From Mobula hypostoma (taxonomy: Eukaryota), in the NCBI RefSeq assembly GCF_963921235.1, contig NC_086097.1, forward strand, positions 129,396,001-129,460,000: a stretch of 64,000 nt of DNA, read 5' to 3'. The notes beneath the pieces are model-generated. The model searched no databases, had not been told where the DNA came from, and worked only from the letters and a program-made list of their open reading frames with translations. A program made the translations under genes and the position numbers. Positions 25,044-38,248 of this stretch are shown piece by piece (the stretch's first letter is position 1; each line of letters starts with the position of its first letter).

Positions 25044-26632
25044 TAGAAACATAGAAACACAGAAAACCTACAGCACAATACAGACCCTTCGGCCCACAAT
25101 GCTGTGCCAAATATGTACTTACTTTAGAAATTACCCAGGGTTAACCATAGCCCTCTATTTTTCGAAGCTCCATGTGCCTATCCAGGAGGCTCTTAAAAGA
25201 CCCTATTGTATCCACCTCCACCACCATCGCTGGCATCCCATTCCATGCACTCACCACTCTGCGTAAAAAACTTACCCCTAATATCTCCTCTGTATCTACT
25301 TCCAAACACCTTAAAACTCTGCCCTCTCATGTTAGCCATTTCAGCCCTGGGAAAAAGTCTCTGACTATCCACACAATCAATGCCTCTCATCATCTTATAC
25401 ACCTCTAATAGGTCACCTCTCATTCTCCGTCGCTCCAAGGAAAAAAGGCCAAGTTCAATCAACCTATTCTCATAAGGCATGCTCCCCAATCCAGACAACA
25501 TCCTTGTAAATCTCCTATGCACCCTTTCTATGGTTTCCACATCCTTCCTGTAGTGAGTCGATCAGAACTGAGCACAGTAGTCCAAGTGGGGTCTGACCAG
25601 GGTCCTATGTGGCTGCAACATTACCTCTTGACTCTTAAACTCAATCCCACAGTTGATGAAGGCCAATACACCGTATGCCTTCTTAACCACAGAGTCAATC
25701 TGCGTAGCAGCTTTGAGTGTCCCATGTACTCAGACCCCAAGATCCCTCTGATCCTCCACACTGCCAAGAGGGTTGCCATTAATACTATATTCTGCCATCA
25801 TATTTGACCTACCAAAATGAACCACCTCACACTTATCTGGGTTGCACTCCATCTGCCACATCTCAGCCCACTTTTGCATCCTATAGATGTCCCACTGTAA
25901 TCTCTGACAGACCTCCACACTATCCACAACAGCCCCAACCTTTGTGTCATCAGCAAATTTACTAACCCATCCCTCCACTTCCTCATCCAGGTCATTTATA
26001 AAAATCACAAAGAGAAGGGGTCCCAGAACAGATTTCTGAGGCACACCACTGGTCACCGACCGCCATGCAGAATATGACCCATCTACAACCACTCTTTGCC
26101 TTCTATGTGCAATCTAATTCTGGGTCCACAAAGCAATGTCCCCTTGCCTCCTTACTTTCTCAATGGTACCTTATCAAATGCCTTGCTGAAATCCATATAC
26201 ACTATATCTACTGCTCCACTTTCATCATATCCCCAAAAAATTCAATCAGACTCGTGAGGCACAACCTGCCTTTGACAAAGCTATGCTGACTATTCCTAAT
26301 CATATTATGCCTCTCCAAATGTTCATAAATCCTACCTCTCAGGACCTTTTCAATCAACTTACCAACCACTGAAGTAAGACTCACTGGTCTATAATTTCCT
26401 GGGCTATCTCTACTCCCTTTCTTGAATAAGGAAACAACATCTGCAACCCTCCAATCGTCCAGAACCTCCCCTGTCCCCATTGATAATGCAAAGATCATCG
26501 CCAGGGGCTCAGCAATCTCCTCCCTCGCCTCCCACAGTAGCCTGGGCTACATCTCGTCTGGTCCCAGTGACTTATCCAACTTGATGCTTTCCAAAAGCTC
26601 CAGCACATCCTCTTTCTTAATATCTATATGCT
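25044..26632 (-). mobile_element. Young CR1 ORF2 fragment with 3' end
   Basis: DWRVADVVSLFKKG..NYRPVSLTS; VTSGVPQKSVLGPLLF..KFADDT; (catagaaa)n tail. Confidence 0.93.
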
Positions 26633-28565
26633 CAAGGGGGCATACAGATCTGTGGTATTCAAGGCTGGCGCCGCAGGTCTGTACCAGAAGATCAGGTATG
26701 ACTTGCAGAGGGCTATTTCAAGGGCGAAGAGACAATTTCGAACGTGGTTGGAAGCAACATCGGATGTACGACAACTCTGGCAGGGTTTGCAAGACATTAC
26801 TTCCTCCAAGGCGAAACCCAATAGCATGAATTGCAGCAGTGCTTCACTACCAGATGAACTCAATGCCTTTTATGCCCGCTTTGAAAGGGAGAATATAAGT
26901 ACAGCTGTGAAAGTCCCTGCTGTACCTGGTGACCCTGTGATCTCTGTCTCAGCGGCCGATGTTAGACTGTCTTTAAAGAGGGTGAACCCTCACAAGGCGG
27001 AAGGTGCCGATGTAGTACCTGGTAAGGCTCTGAAAACATGTGCCAACCAACTGGTGGGAGTATTCAAGGACATTTTCAGCATCTCACTGCTACAGGTGGA
27101 AGTTCCCATTTGCTTCAAAAAGGCAGCAATTATACCTGTGCCTAAGAAGAATAATGTGAGCTGTCTTAATGACTATCACCCAGTAGCACTCACATCAACA
27201 GTGATGAAATGCTTTGAGAGGTTGGTTATGACGAGACTGAACTCCTGCCTCAGCAGGGACCTGGACCCATTGCAGTTTGCCTATTGCCACAATAAGTCAA
27301 CGACAGATGCAATCTCAATGGCTCTTCACTCGGCCTTAGACCACCTGGACAATACAAACACCTATGTCAGGATGCTGTTCGTTGACTAGAGCTCAGCATT
27401 TAACACCATCATTCCCACAATCCTGTTTCAGAAGTTACAGAACATGAGCTTCTGTACCTCCCTCTGCAATTGGATCCTCAGCTTCCTAACCGCAAGACCA
27501 CAATCTGTGCAGATAGGTGATAACATCTCCTCCTCTCTGACAATCAACACTGGTGCACCTCTGGGGTATGTGCTTAGCCCACTGCTCTACTCTCTCTGTA
27601 CCCAAGACTATGTGGCTAGGCATAATTCAAATACCATCTATAAATTTGCTGATGATATGACCATACAACCGTTGTTGGTAGAATCTCAGATGGAGATGAG
27701 AGGGTGTGCAGGAGTGAGATATACCAACTAGTAGAGTGGTTTCGCAGCAACAACCATGTACTCAATGTCAGTAACATGAACGAGCTGATTGTGGACTTCA
27801 GGAAGGATATGATGAAGGAACATATGCCAATCCTCATAGAGGGATCAGAAGTGGAGAGAGTGAGCAGCTTTAAGTTCCTGGGTATCAAGATCTCTGAGAA
27901 ACTAACCTGGTCCCAATATATCAAAACAGCTATAAAAAAGGCAAGACAGTGACTATACTTCATTAGGGGTTTGAAGAGATTTGGTATTTCAACAAGAACA
28001 CTCAAAAACTTCTATAGATGTACTGTAGACAGCATTCTGACAGGCTGCATCACTGTCTGGTATGGGGGGTGGGGGGGGCTACTGCACAGGACTGAAAGAA
28101 GCTGCAGAGGGTTGTAAATTTAGTCGGCTCCATCTTGAGTACTAGCCTAAAAAGTACGTAGGACACCTTCAAGGAGCAGTGTCTCAGAAAGGCAGGTCCA
28201 TTATTAAGTACCCCTAGCACCCAGGGCATGTCCTTTTCCCACTGTTACCATCAGGAAGGAGGTACAGAAGCCTGAAGGCACACACTCAGTGATTCAGGAA
28301 CAGCTTCTTCCCCTCTGCCATCCGATCCTGAAATGGACATTGAACCCGTGAACACTACGTCACTCTTTTAATATATTATTTCTGGTTCTTGGACAATTTT
28401 TAATCCATTCAATATACATGTACTGTAATTGATTTACTTGTTTATTCATTCATTTTTTTCTTCTTCTTCTCCTATTTCTTCTATATTATGTATTGCGTTG
28501 AAGTGCTGCTACTAAGTTAACAAATTTCACAACACATCAGTGATAATAAACCTGATTCTGATTCC
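26633..28565 (+). mobile_element. Rex1/Babar LINE, long RT-containing fragment
   Basis: ORF 26628-27389: LWQGLQDIT..ELNAFYARFE..NDYHPVALTS..LQFAY; KFADD; (ctgatt)n tail. Confidence 0.93.
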
Positions 28566-28771
28566 GAGGAATGTGACATATAGACTATAATGTAGGAAAA
28601 TGTGAGGATATCCACTTTAGTGCACCAACTTCTCCCGAACAGTTGTTTTTTACTCACACTAACTTCCTTCACTTCCTTATTCTTGTAACATATTCCATCA
28701 GGTTCTTTGTATCTTTTTCCACAAATACTGATACAAGGCATTTTTAAAAATTTCTGTAAGGTTGCCTTATT

Positions 28772-28978
28772 CCCTTCCAAATATCCGGACCTGCCTCTCG
28801 GTTTTTTTGCATTACCTTACTTTCCATTTTCTATTTTCTATTTATGATCTATAATTTAAATCTTTAATATTTACTATCGATCTGTACTCCAGGGAGCGGG
28901 AAGCGCAGAATCAAATATTGCTGTGATGATTGTACGTTCTAGCATCAATTCTGTGGTGACTATACAGTATAAAGTATT
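28772..28978 (+). mobile_element. Rex1 3'UTR fragment (family of 19078-19590)
   Basis: Reverse-complement homologue of ~19085-19290. Confidence 0.85.
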
Positions 28979-29439
28979 CTGTTATAAAATCAGCCATCTC
29001 TGACCTTATGCAGTAAGCTGTGGTTATTGCATCTACTAGTATGAGTTGTGTAGCAACTTGCTTTTATATAGTGACTCAAATGTTGGAATACAACCCAATG
29101 GTACATCATCTGAGCAAAATCAACCAAAGATGGAGTCCTGCCTCTGGATCTACAGATAAAAGTTTGATCAATTGGATGAGTCTCAAGCAACTTCTGAAAG
29201 AGAGAATTGCAGTGTGTGGAGTGAAATGACAGAGCTCAGGACTTAAGCAATTGATGACAATCCCTTTTCCAAGCTCTTGTCCCATAGCTCACTATACTTT
29301 GATGATTTATTCAGAGTTTTGAACTGCTCAATCAATTCAAAAGTGCAAGAGGAAGAAGCAGGTTCACATAGGTCTGCAACTGAAGATTTAAAAAACAATA
29401 CTTTGTGACAGTTTTCAGATTTCAAAAAGGCAATCAGTG

Positions 29440-32400
29440 AATGGGATTCATTAGCAAGGGCAAATAAAAATAAGGCAGGGCAAGCGGAGCAGCCATTGTG
29501 TGAGTGGGCCAGTGTTAGAGTGGAGCGCCTTTGGCTTTGGCTCATCAGGTTTGGGCGAAGTAAGTATCTGTTAAGTTTCTTCTTCTTCTTTATTCTTCAT
29601 TCACGTTAGTGCATTGTTAGAGCAGTGAGAATGATTCCAGGGCAGTGTTATGTAGTTGAGGCTTTATAACACACTGGTGAGGGCTCACTTGGAGTACTGT
29701 CAGCAGTTTTGGGCCACTTGTCTAAGAAAGGATGTCTTGACATTGGAGAGGGTTCAGAGAAGGTTCGCAAGAATGATTTTGGGAATGAAAGGGTTACCAT
29801 ATGAGTACCAATTGATGGCTCTGGGTCTGTACTCGCTGGAATTCAGAACATTAAGTGGTGGGAGCTCATTGAATCCAATCGAATATTGAAAGGCATCAAT
29901 AGAGTGGATGTGAAGAGGATGTTTCCAAAGTGAGGGAGTCTTAGAGCAGAGGGCAGAACCTCAGAATAGAGCAATAGAGGTATTAGAACCCCTTGGAAGC
30001 AGTGATCATAATATGATTGAGTTCAGTTTCAAATTTGAAAAGGAGAGGCTGTATCAATATTTCAGTGGGACAAAGGAAATTATGGTGGTATGAGAGAGGA
30101 ATTGGCCCAAGTCGATTGGAAAAGTAAGCTTGATGGAGGGGCAGTAGAGCAGAATTGGATGAAATTCCTACAAGAAATAAGGAAAGTGCAGGAAAAATAT
30201 ATTCCAAGAAAAAAAGAAAATGATGAATGGAAAAATGGCACAAATGTGGCTAACAAGAGAGGTTAAGGCTAAAATAAAAGCAAAAGAGATGGCGTACAAG
30301 GAAGCAAAAATCAGTGGGAAAACTGACGACTGGACGACTTTTAAAAACTTACAGAAGGAAACTAAGAAAGTCATTAGGAAAGAAAAGATGAATTATGAAA
30401 GGAAGTTGGCAATTAACATAAAAAAGGATACTAAAAGTTTTTTTTAAATACATGAAGAGTAAAAGAGTGACACGGGCAGATATAGGATCGATTGAAAATG
30501 ATGCTGGAGAAATTATAATGGGTAACAAAGAGATGGCGGAGGAACTGAATGAGTATTTTGCATCTGTCTTCGCAGTGGAAGACATTAGCAACATACCCGA
30601 TAGCCAGAGGTCTCGGAGAATAGAATTAGGTACAGTCAAGATTACTAGAGAGAAAGTGCTTGGGAAACTAAATGGACTAAGAATAGATAAGTCTCCCGGA
30701 CTGGATGAGGTGCACCCATGGATTCTGAAGGAGGTGGCTTTGGAGATCGTGGAGGCATTGGAAATGTTCTTCCAGGAATCAATAGACTCTGGCATAGTTC
30801 CGGAGGACTGGAATTTCGCAAATGTAGTTCCGCTGTTTAAGAAAAGAGGGAGGCAGCAAAAAGAAAATTACAGACCTATTAGTCTGACATTGGTAGCTGG
30901 AAAGTTATTGGAGTCGATCCTCAAGGACGAGGTTATGAAATACCTCGAGGTGCATGACAAGATAGGCCCAAGCCAGCATGATTTTGTGAAGGGAAGATCC
31001 TGCCTCACCAACCTATTGGAATTTTTTGAGGTAATTTCAAATAAGATTGACAAGGGAGAGGCTGTGGATGTTGTGTATTTGGATTTTCAAAAGGCCTTCG
31101 ATAAGGTGCCGCATAAAAGGCTGCTTAATAAGATAAGAGCCCATGGAATTACAGGAAAGATATTGGAATGGGTGGAGCATTGGCTGATAGGCAGAAAGGA
31201 AAGGGTGGGAATAAAGGGATCCTATTCTGATTGGTTGCCGGTTACTAGTGGTGTTCCACAGTGGTCAGTGTTGGGGCTGCTTCTTTTTACAATATATATC
31301 GATGATTTAGATAATGGATTAAATGGTTTTGTGGCTAGGATTGCGGATGACACCAAGACGGGTGGAGGAGCAGGAAGTGTTGAAGAGAGTGGGCAAAGAA
31401 ATGGCAGATGAGATACAATGTTGAGAAATGTACGGTTGTACATTTTGGAAGAAGAAATAATTGGGCAGATTATTATTTAGATGGGGAGAAAATTCAAAAA
31501 CTCAGAAGTACAAAGGGACTGGGGGGTCCTCATGCAGGATACCCTAAACTTTGTTAACCACCAGGTTGGATCGGCAGTAAGGAAAGCGAATGCAATGTTG
31601 GCATTCATTTCAAGAGGAATAGTGGTTAAGAGTAAGGAGGTGTTGATGAGGCTCTGTGGGGCACTGGTGAGACCTCATTTGGAATACTGTGTGCAGTTTT
31701 GGGCCCCTTATCTTAGAAGGGATATTCTGATGTTAGAGAGAGTTCAGAGAAGATTTATGAGGATGATTCCTGGAATGCAGGGGCTAAATATGAGGAGCAT
31801 TTGTCGGCTCTTGGTCTGTATTCATTAGAGTATAGAAGAATGAGAGGGGATCTCATAGAAACATTTTGAATGTTGAAAGGGTTGGACAGAGTTGATGTGG
31901 AAAGGCTGTTTCCCTTGGTGGGTGAGTCCAGGACAAGAGGCCACAGACTTAGAATTAGAGGGTACCCATTTAAAACAGAGATGAGGAGACGTTTTTTTAG
32001 CCGGAGTGTCATAGATTTATGGAATTCATTGCCACATACAGCTCCGGAGGCCCGATTATTGAGGTGTTTAAGGAGGAGATTGATAGGTATCTAACTAGTC
32101 AGGGTATCAAGGGATATGCGGAAAAGGCCGGAATTTGAAACTAGATGGGTGAATAGTTTAGCTTATGGTGGAGTGGTGGAGCAGACTCGATGGGCTGAAT
32201 GGCCTACTTCTGCTCCTTTGTCTTGTGATCTTGTGATCTTGTGATGTCCATTTAGTGCAGAGATGAAGAGAAATTTCTTTAGTGGATCTGTGGAATTCAT
32301 TTGCACAGGTTGCTCTGGAGGCCAGGTCATTGGGTATATTTAGGCAGAGGTTGATAAGTTTCTTGATTGGTCAGGGCATGGAATGATATGGGGAGGAAGC

Positions 32401-32510
32401 AGAAGACTGGAGTTAAGAGGGAAATGGATCAGCCGTGGTGAAATGGTGGAGCTGACTTAATGGGACAAATGGCCTAATTTTGCTCCTATATCTTATGGTC
32501 TTATGGTCTC
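29440..32510 (+). mobile_element. Internally deleted CR1 (5'UTR-like piece + 3' end; pieces ~29440-29970 and ~32245-32510) hosting a second CR1
   Basis: LYNTLVRAHLEYCQQFW..; resumes after the nested copy and ends (tcttatgg)n. Confidence 0.8.
29972..32244 (+). mobile_element. CR1 LINE ORF2 fragment (~2.3 kb) with 3' end
   Basis: ORF 30452-31411 (319 aa): ELNEYFASVF, KSPGLD, NYRPISLT, YLDFQKAFD, SGVPQ, ADDT; frameshifted; (tcttgtga)n tail. Confidence 0.94.
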
Positions 32511-32689
32511 AGACATTTTAAAGGTCTTCAGAGTTGCTGCCTCCACCACAGCCACAGGCAGTGTGCTTCAGATTTCAGCTATCCTCGTCTTACTCTTATC
32601 TTCAGTCTATGCCCTCTAGCTTTAGATGCTTGTTATGGAAAACATTTCCACCTACCCTATCACCGCCTCTCATAGTCCTGTATACTTCA

Positions 32690-34040
32690 GTCAGTTACTA
32701 CTTCACCATCTTTTACTCCAAGAAGATAACAGGCCAAGTCTATCCAGTCTGCAGTCTCTTTGGCCTCTAAGCCTATCCAGTTTCATTACGAAAAACTCCA
32801 TCTCTGCAACATCCTGGTAAGTCTTCTCTACCCCTCTCTCCAGGGCAATTACATTGTTCCCATAGTGTGGCAACTAGAATTACACACAATATTCCAGTGC
32901 TTGCAAAATCAATATTTTATAGTTGTTTATAAACTCCTTGCTCTAGCATTCTGTGCCATGGCTAATGAAAGCAAGTATCCTGAGTGTATTCTTAGCTGGC
33001 TTATCTACTTATGTTTCAACATTCAGAGATTCATGGACTTAGATACCAATAGTTCATTGTGTCCTGGACTTAATGATCCTCCCAAAAATCATTACATCAC
33101 ACTTCTCAGAATCAATTTCCATCTGCTATTGCTCTAATCAATATGGTCGCATATCTATAAGACTGTATAATTTAAGAACAGAATTAGGCCATTCAGCCCA
33201 TTCAATCATGGTTGTTTTTTAACCCCATTCTTCTGCCTTCTCCCTCTAACCTTTAACCCTCTGTCCCTTTATAAGAACCTATCAATCTCTGTCTTAAATA
33301 CAACCCTCTGCAACAAGTTCCACAGATTCGCCTCCCTCTGGCTGAAGAAATTCCTGCTCATCTCACTTTTAAAAGGATGTTCCTTTATTCTGAGGTTACG
33401 CCAACAGAGCCTAGACTTTCTTACTAATGGAAACATCTTCCCTCAGTCCACTCTATCCAGGACCTCCAGTATCCTAAGACTACCCTTCTCATTAACAACA
33501 ACACCGCCAACTGCTGTGTCATCTGTGGATGTACTAATCATACATTCCACATTCACATGCAAATTGTTAATGTATTGAACAAATAGTAAGAGTTTCAGAA
33601 TCAGTAGACCACAGATCACAGGCTTCCGATCACACAAAAAATTAATCCTCTGTCTCCTATTATCAAGTTAATATTGTATTGAATTTATCAACTTGCCATG
33701 GATCTCATGGCCTCTAAATTTTTGACCAGTCTCCCATGTGGAACCTGTCAAAAACTTTACTGAATTGCATGTAGACTACACCAAAAGCAGTTCCTTCATT
33801 GCTACCTCTTTGAAAGATTCTGTCGGGATCTCCCTTGAACAAAGCCATGCTGCTTATTTTTGATTGACCTCTGCCATTTCCAGTAAAGATTAAACCTGTC
33901 CCTTGGAATTTTTTCCAATAGCTTTACCTACTATTATTGATATACTCACTAGCCCAGCTTATTACCCAGTTTATCCTTGGAGCCTTCTTGAATAAAGTTA
34001 TCACTTTGGCTTTCTTCTGGTCATCTGACACCTCATCTGT
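32690..34040 (-). mobile_element. Old CR1 fragment with nested younger CR1 3' end (~33158-33475)
   Basis: Decayed RT (LLLFVQYINNL..STSTDDTAVGG); nested tail gaacagaattaggccattcagccc. Confidence 0.7.
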
Positions 34041-34276
34041 CAAAGCAAAGGAATTAGGATTATCATTTGGAACTGCAACATAGGATTAAAATATGATTGC
34101 ACAAATTTTGAATATATTTGGTTGGAGTTATGAACTGAGCAGAGATAGTTTCATTGAATTGTTACTGTTAAGAGTATGTTCTGATCCATGTTGTCTTCAG
34201 TCTGTCAAGGAAGGAGAAACTACTGGATCTAGCCAATAAGGTGAATGGATGAAAGCAGGTAACATAATGAAGCATC

Positions 34277-34365
34277 TCAGACCTGAAATATTAATCATTT
34301 CCCTCTGCACAGATGCAACCTGACCTTCTGAGTTTCCCCAGCATTTTCCATTTTTATTTCCAGTA
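34277..34365 (+). mobile_element. Degenerate Penelope pLTR remnant
   Basis: gacctgaaatattaa..cacagatgcaacctgaccttctgagtttccccagcatttt. Confidence 0.6.
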
Positions 34366-34435
34366 ACAGAGCCCCTGACATTTGGGAAATTGTGGCCATT
34401 CTATTATTTAACCCCAGTATGAGAACTTCACCTAC

Positions 34436-34666
34436 AAAATCAATTTGCGCATGCAAGCTCCCAGAAAAAAACAATATCGGAATAACCATATAATCTGTTT
34501 TAGTGCCTTTAATTGGAGGGAAAACACTGATCTGTGATAACATCAGGGTAAAAACCCCACAACACTCTCCTGCTCTTCTACAGAATAGTGTGAAGGCAGT
34601 AGTCTCAGGACACCTGTACATTCTGCCCCAAGAGATTAAATGAGATTCTGGTTTAGATTCTCATCT
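34436..34666 (-). mobile_element. Ancient Deu-domain SINE remnant (SacSINE1/AmnSINE1-like)
   Basis: caatttgcgcatgcaagctccca..ataatctgttttagtg..ctcctgctcttctacagaatagtg..ctggtttagattctcatc resembles the Deu domain; recalled motif, not searched. Confidence 0.55.
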
Positions 34667-36181
34667 AATCATTCTGCACTCTATAATTGCTTTCCTTTTG
34701 CACTACCTCAATACACTTATGTATAAAATGACTTGTCTGTGTGGTATGCAAACAAAGTTTTTCACCGTATGTAGGTACAAGTTAAAATAATAAACCAATT
34801 GCAAATTACTAAGAAACATCGTTGAGATTCCAGTTCTCTCTCATCAAGAGCATCAGATGTAATGTTAATTTATAAGTCATAGCAGTAGATTTGCATTCTT
34901 TCTAAGTAAGAGAGAGGAAACAGTTTGATTTACGAATCAACTTTCATAATCCAAGTATGAATCATCATGCTTTACTGTTGATTAAGTACATTTCAACTGC
35001 CATCCCTACTATTCTCCAAGTTGATGCAATAAGGTGAAACTAAAACATGCAAGGTTATTGTTGGCCATGGCTTCATGGATGTAGAGATAAAGTTTTACAT
35101 GAGATCACACACCACAGCAATAGGAAATCCAAAGAATTTCATTGTCCGTCTCTTGACAAACAAGACTTGAGAATCTGAAACCAGCTCAAAACAGAGAAGA
35201 ATATTTTCCCTCCTACTCTTTGAAAGATCTTAAAAATTCCATGAGAAATACATTTAGGCAATGTTTCCAGTCCACATTGATTTCTTGACACAAATCAGTC
35301 CAGCCCTTAGCATTAATTAGCACAAATTACACAATTAGGAGAGAATGTGTGACGTAAGCTTTGGCATAAATGTTACTGCTGGTAAGTGAGCTGTATGTTA
35401 ACTAAAAGTTGTTAGCTCTTTAAGAAGCAGAAAGGTAAATATTTAGTCTAGGTCAAGGGGATAAATATATGTGACTAAAATGTTCATTGGGATACAGCAC
35501 AACCTATGGAATGCAACCACTTAGAGTTGATCAACATAGATCATAATCCAGGTGGCTCCAAATTTCAGTATTTTATCTTGGAATGACTTTAACTAACTTC
35601 TACCTTCTTGAAAGTTTTGCCTCCTTTCATTCACTGCCTTTAGCAAATCAAAAATACATATAATTTCTGCAAATCACAAATGATGTATGGGATATTTAAG
35701 AATGAGGTTACTTTACATAGTTCCCTGACCACTATCCAGAAAAAACGATAGTTTTAGTTAAACTGTGTGCCACCACATATCAAAATGCTTGAAATTAATT
35801 GAAAAATATTTTCATAGGCACTCCATCACCAACACTGATTCACCGGGCAGTGCTCATTTATGAATGTTGAGCTCAGAAGAGAATGCATCCTATAAGAAAG
35901 TGTATGCCATTTCTCTTGCATTACAGTTGATGTTTATTTTTGCTTGTTTACTCTGCTTAGGAATAATGCCAAGGCAAACCACTCCCCACCTCCCCCACCC
36001 CATCCCCTAACCTGTGCCTCCCCAGCCAACAAAACTTCTTGTTATGCTTTGGTCTGTAATATGCTACAAGCAATAGGAACTTCAGAATCAAAGTAAACCA
36101 TGGCTAACAAGAGAAGTCAAAGCCAACATAAAAGCCAAAGAGAGAGCATATAATAAAGCTACAGATAATGGGAAGTTAGAG

Positions 36182-36950
36182 CAGGGGTCCCCATCCTTTT
36201 TTGCACCGCTGGGTGCATTCCGGCCACCGCTGCATTCTTCACAGTCCAGAGGTTGGGGACAACTGAATTATAAGTCAATTATAAGTCAATAGCATCATAA
36301 CATTTTAAGTAACGTTTGGATATTAAACACACAGCGCATAGTTTCCTTGTATGAACATATAAAATCATTGCAACACACCAATATCGCTGAATCAGTGGGA
36401 GCCCTGGGCTTGTTTTCTGGCAACAAGACATCGAGGGGTGATGGGAGACAGCGATACTCGAAGGGGGTTCCTTATGTCCAGTCTATTCCGCAATTTAGTT
36501 TTCGTTGCATTCATTGCAGAAAACTCCGCTTCGCAGCGATATGATGTTGGAAATGGAAGCAACGTTTTCAGTGCTTTTGTGGCTATCTCAGGATATTCAG
36601 CCTTGACTTTGATCCAGAATGCCAGCAAAGATGTTATGTCAAACATACTTTTCAGCTCACCGTCATGTGCAAGTTCAAAGAGTTGATCTTTTTTCCCACG
36701 CTGACATGGAAGATTCACCGGAAACATTCACAAATGGGTCACGGACCCTTTGCACGTCTTGGGTCACTGATGACCTTGCGTGCATTAAAGTTCAACAGTG
36801 GGCGTGACAGGGAATGAAGAAAGGTGCAGCTGACTCATATCATTTCATATCGCCAATTTTTATCGTTTCCTTGCAGCTCGCGGCCTGTGGCCCGGTCGCA
36901 CATGCTTTGTGGCCCTGTACCAGTCCGCGCCCAGTGGTTGGGGACTGCTG
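36182..36950 (-). mobile_element. Non-autonomous hAT (Charlie-type) DNA transposon with transposase C-terminal dimerisation domain
   Basis: TIRs caggggtcccca / tggggactgctg; perfect 8-bp TSD agttagag (36174-36181/36951-36958); ORF 36392-36727 FWIKVKAEYPEIATKALKTLLPFPTSYRCEAEFS..TKLRNRLD. Confidence 0.93.
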
Positions 36951-37855
36951 AGTTAGAGGATTGGGAAGCTTTTAAAAACCAACAGAAGGTAACTAAAAAA
37001 GTCATTAAGTAGGTAAAGATGGAATATGAAAGTAAGCTAACCAACAATATTAAGGAGGATACCAAAAGTTTCTTCAGAAACATAGTGCGTAAAAGAAAGG
37101 TGAGAGTAGATATTGGACCTCCGGGAAACGATGCTGAAAAGGTAGCAATAGGGGACAACGAAATAGTAAACAAACGGAATAAGTATTTTTCATCAGTCAT
37201 CACTGTGGAAGATACTAGCACTATGGTGAAAATTCCAGGTGTCAGGGAGGATGAAGTATCTGAAGTTACCACAACTAGAGAGAGGTTTTTGGGAAACTGA
37301 AGGTAGATAAATCACCTGGAGCAGATGGTGTACACCCCAGAGTTCTGAAACAGGAGGCTGAAGAGATCATGGAGGAATTAGTAATGATCTTTGAAAAAAC
37401 ACTAGATTTTGTCATAGTTACAGAAGACTCCATTCTTCAAGAAGGGAGACAAGCTGAAGAAGGGAAACTATAGGCCAGTTCGTCTGACCTCTTTGGTTGG
37501 GAAGATGTTGGAGTTGTTTACTAAGAATGAAGTCTCAGGGTAATTGGGGGCACATGATAAAATAGATCATAGTCAGCATGGTTTCCTCATGGGAAAATCT
37601 TGCCTGACGAATCTGTTGGAATTCTTTGAAAAAGTAACAAGCAGGGTAGACAAAGGAGAATCGGTTGATGTTGTGTACTTGGATTTTCAGAAGGCCTTTG
37701 ACAAGGTGCCACATATGAGGCTGCTTAACAAGCTACAAGCCAACAGTATTACAGGAAAGATTCTAGCATGGTTAAAGCAGTGGGTGATTGGTAGGAGACA
37801 AGGAGTGGGAATAAAGGAAGCCTTTTCTGGTTAGTTGCCAATGACTAGCGGTGTT

Positions 37856-38248
37856 AGACAATAGGCATTAGGCATTAGGTACAGGAGTAGGCCATTCGGC
37901 CCTTTGAGCCAGCACCGCCATTCACTGTGATCATGGCTGATCATCCACAATCAGTATCCAGTTCCTGCTTTCTCCCCATATCCCTCAACTCCGCTGTCAT
38001 TAAGAGCTCTATCTAACTCTTTCTTGAAAGCATCCAGAGAATTGGCCTCCACTGCCTTCTGAGACAGAGCATTCCACAGATCCACAACTCTCTGGGTGAA
38101 AAAGTTTTACCTCAACTCCATTCTAAATGGCCTACCCCTTATTCTCAAATTGTGGCCTCTGGTTCTGGACTCCCCCAACATCGGGAACATGTTTCCTGCC
38201 TCTAGCCTGTCTAATCCCTTAGTAATCTTATATGTTTCAATCAGATAC
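37856..38248 (-). mobile_element. CR1 3' fragment nested in CR1
   Basis: (aggcatt/agacaat)n tail; caggagtaggccattcggcc; host reads through (VTSGV|PQGSVL). Confidence 0.88.

Noticed and set aside
30452..31411. Longest ORF (319 aa) as a host gene
   Set aside because: It is a CR1 reverse transcriptase fragment, frameshifted at both ends
36392..36727. Domesticated ZBED/SCAND3-like gene
   Set aside because: Lies between TIRs with an 8-bp TSD inside a CR1; only a C-terminal fragment is present
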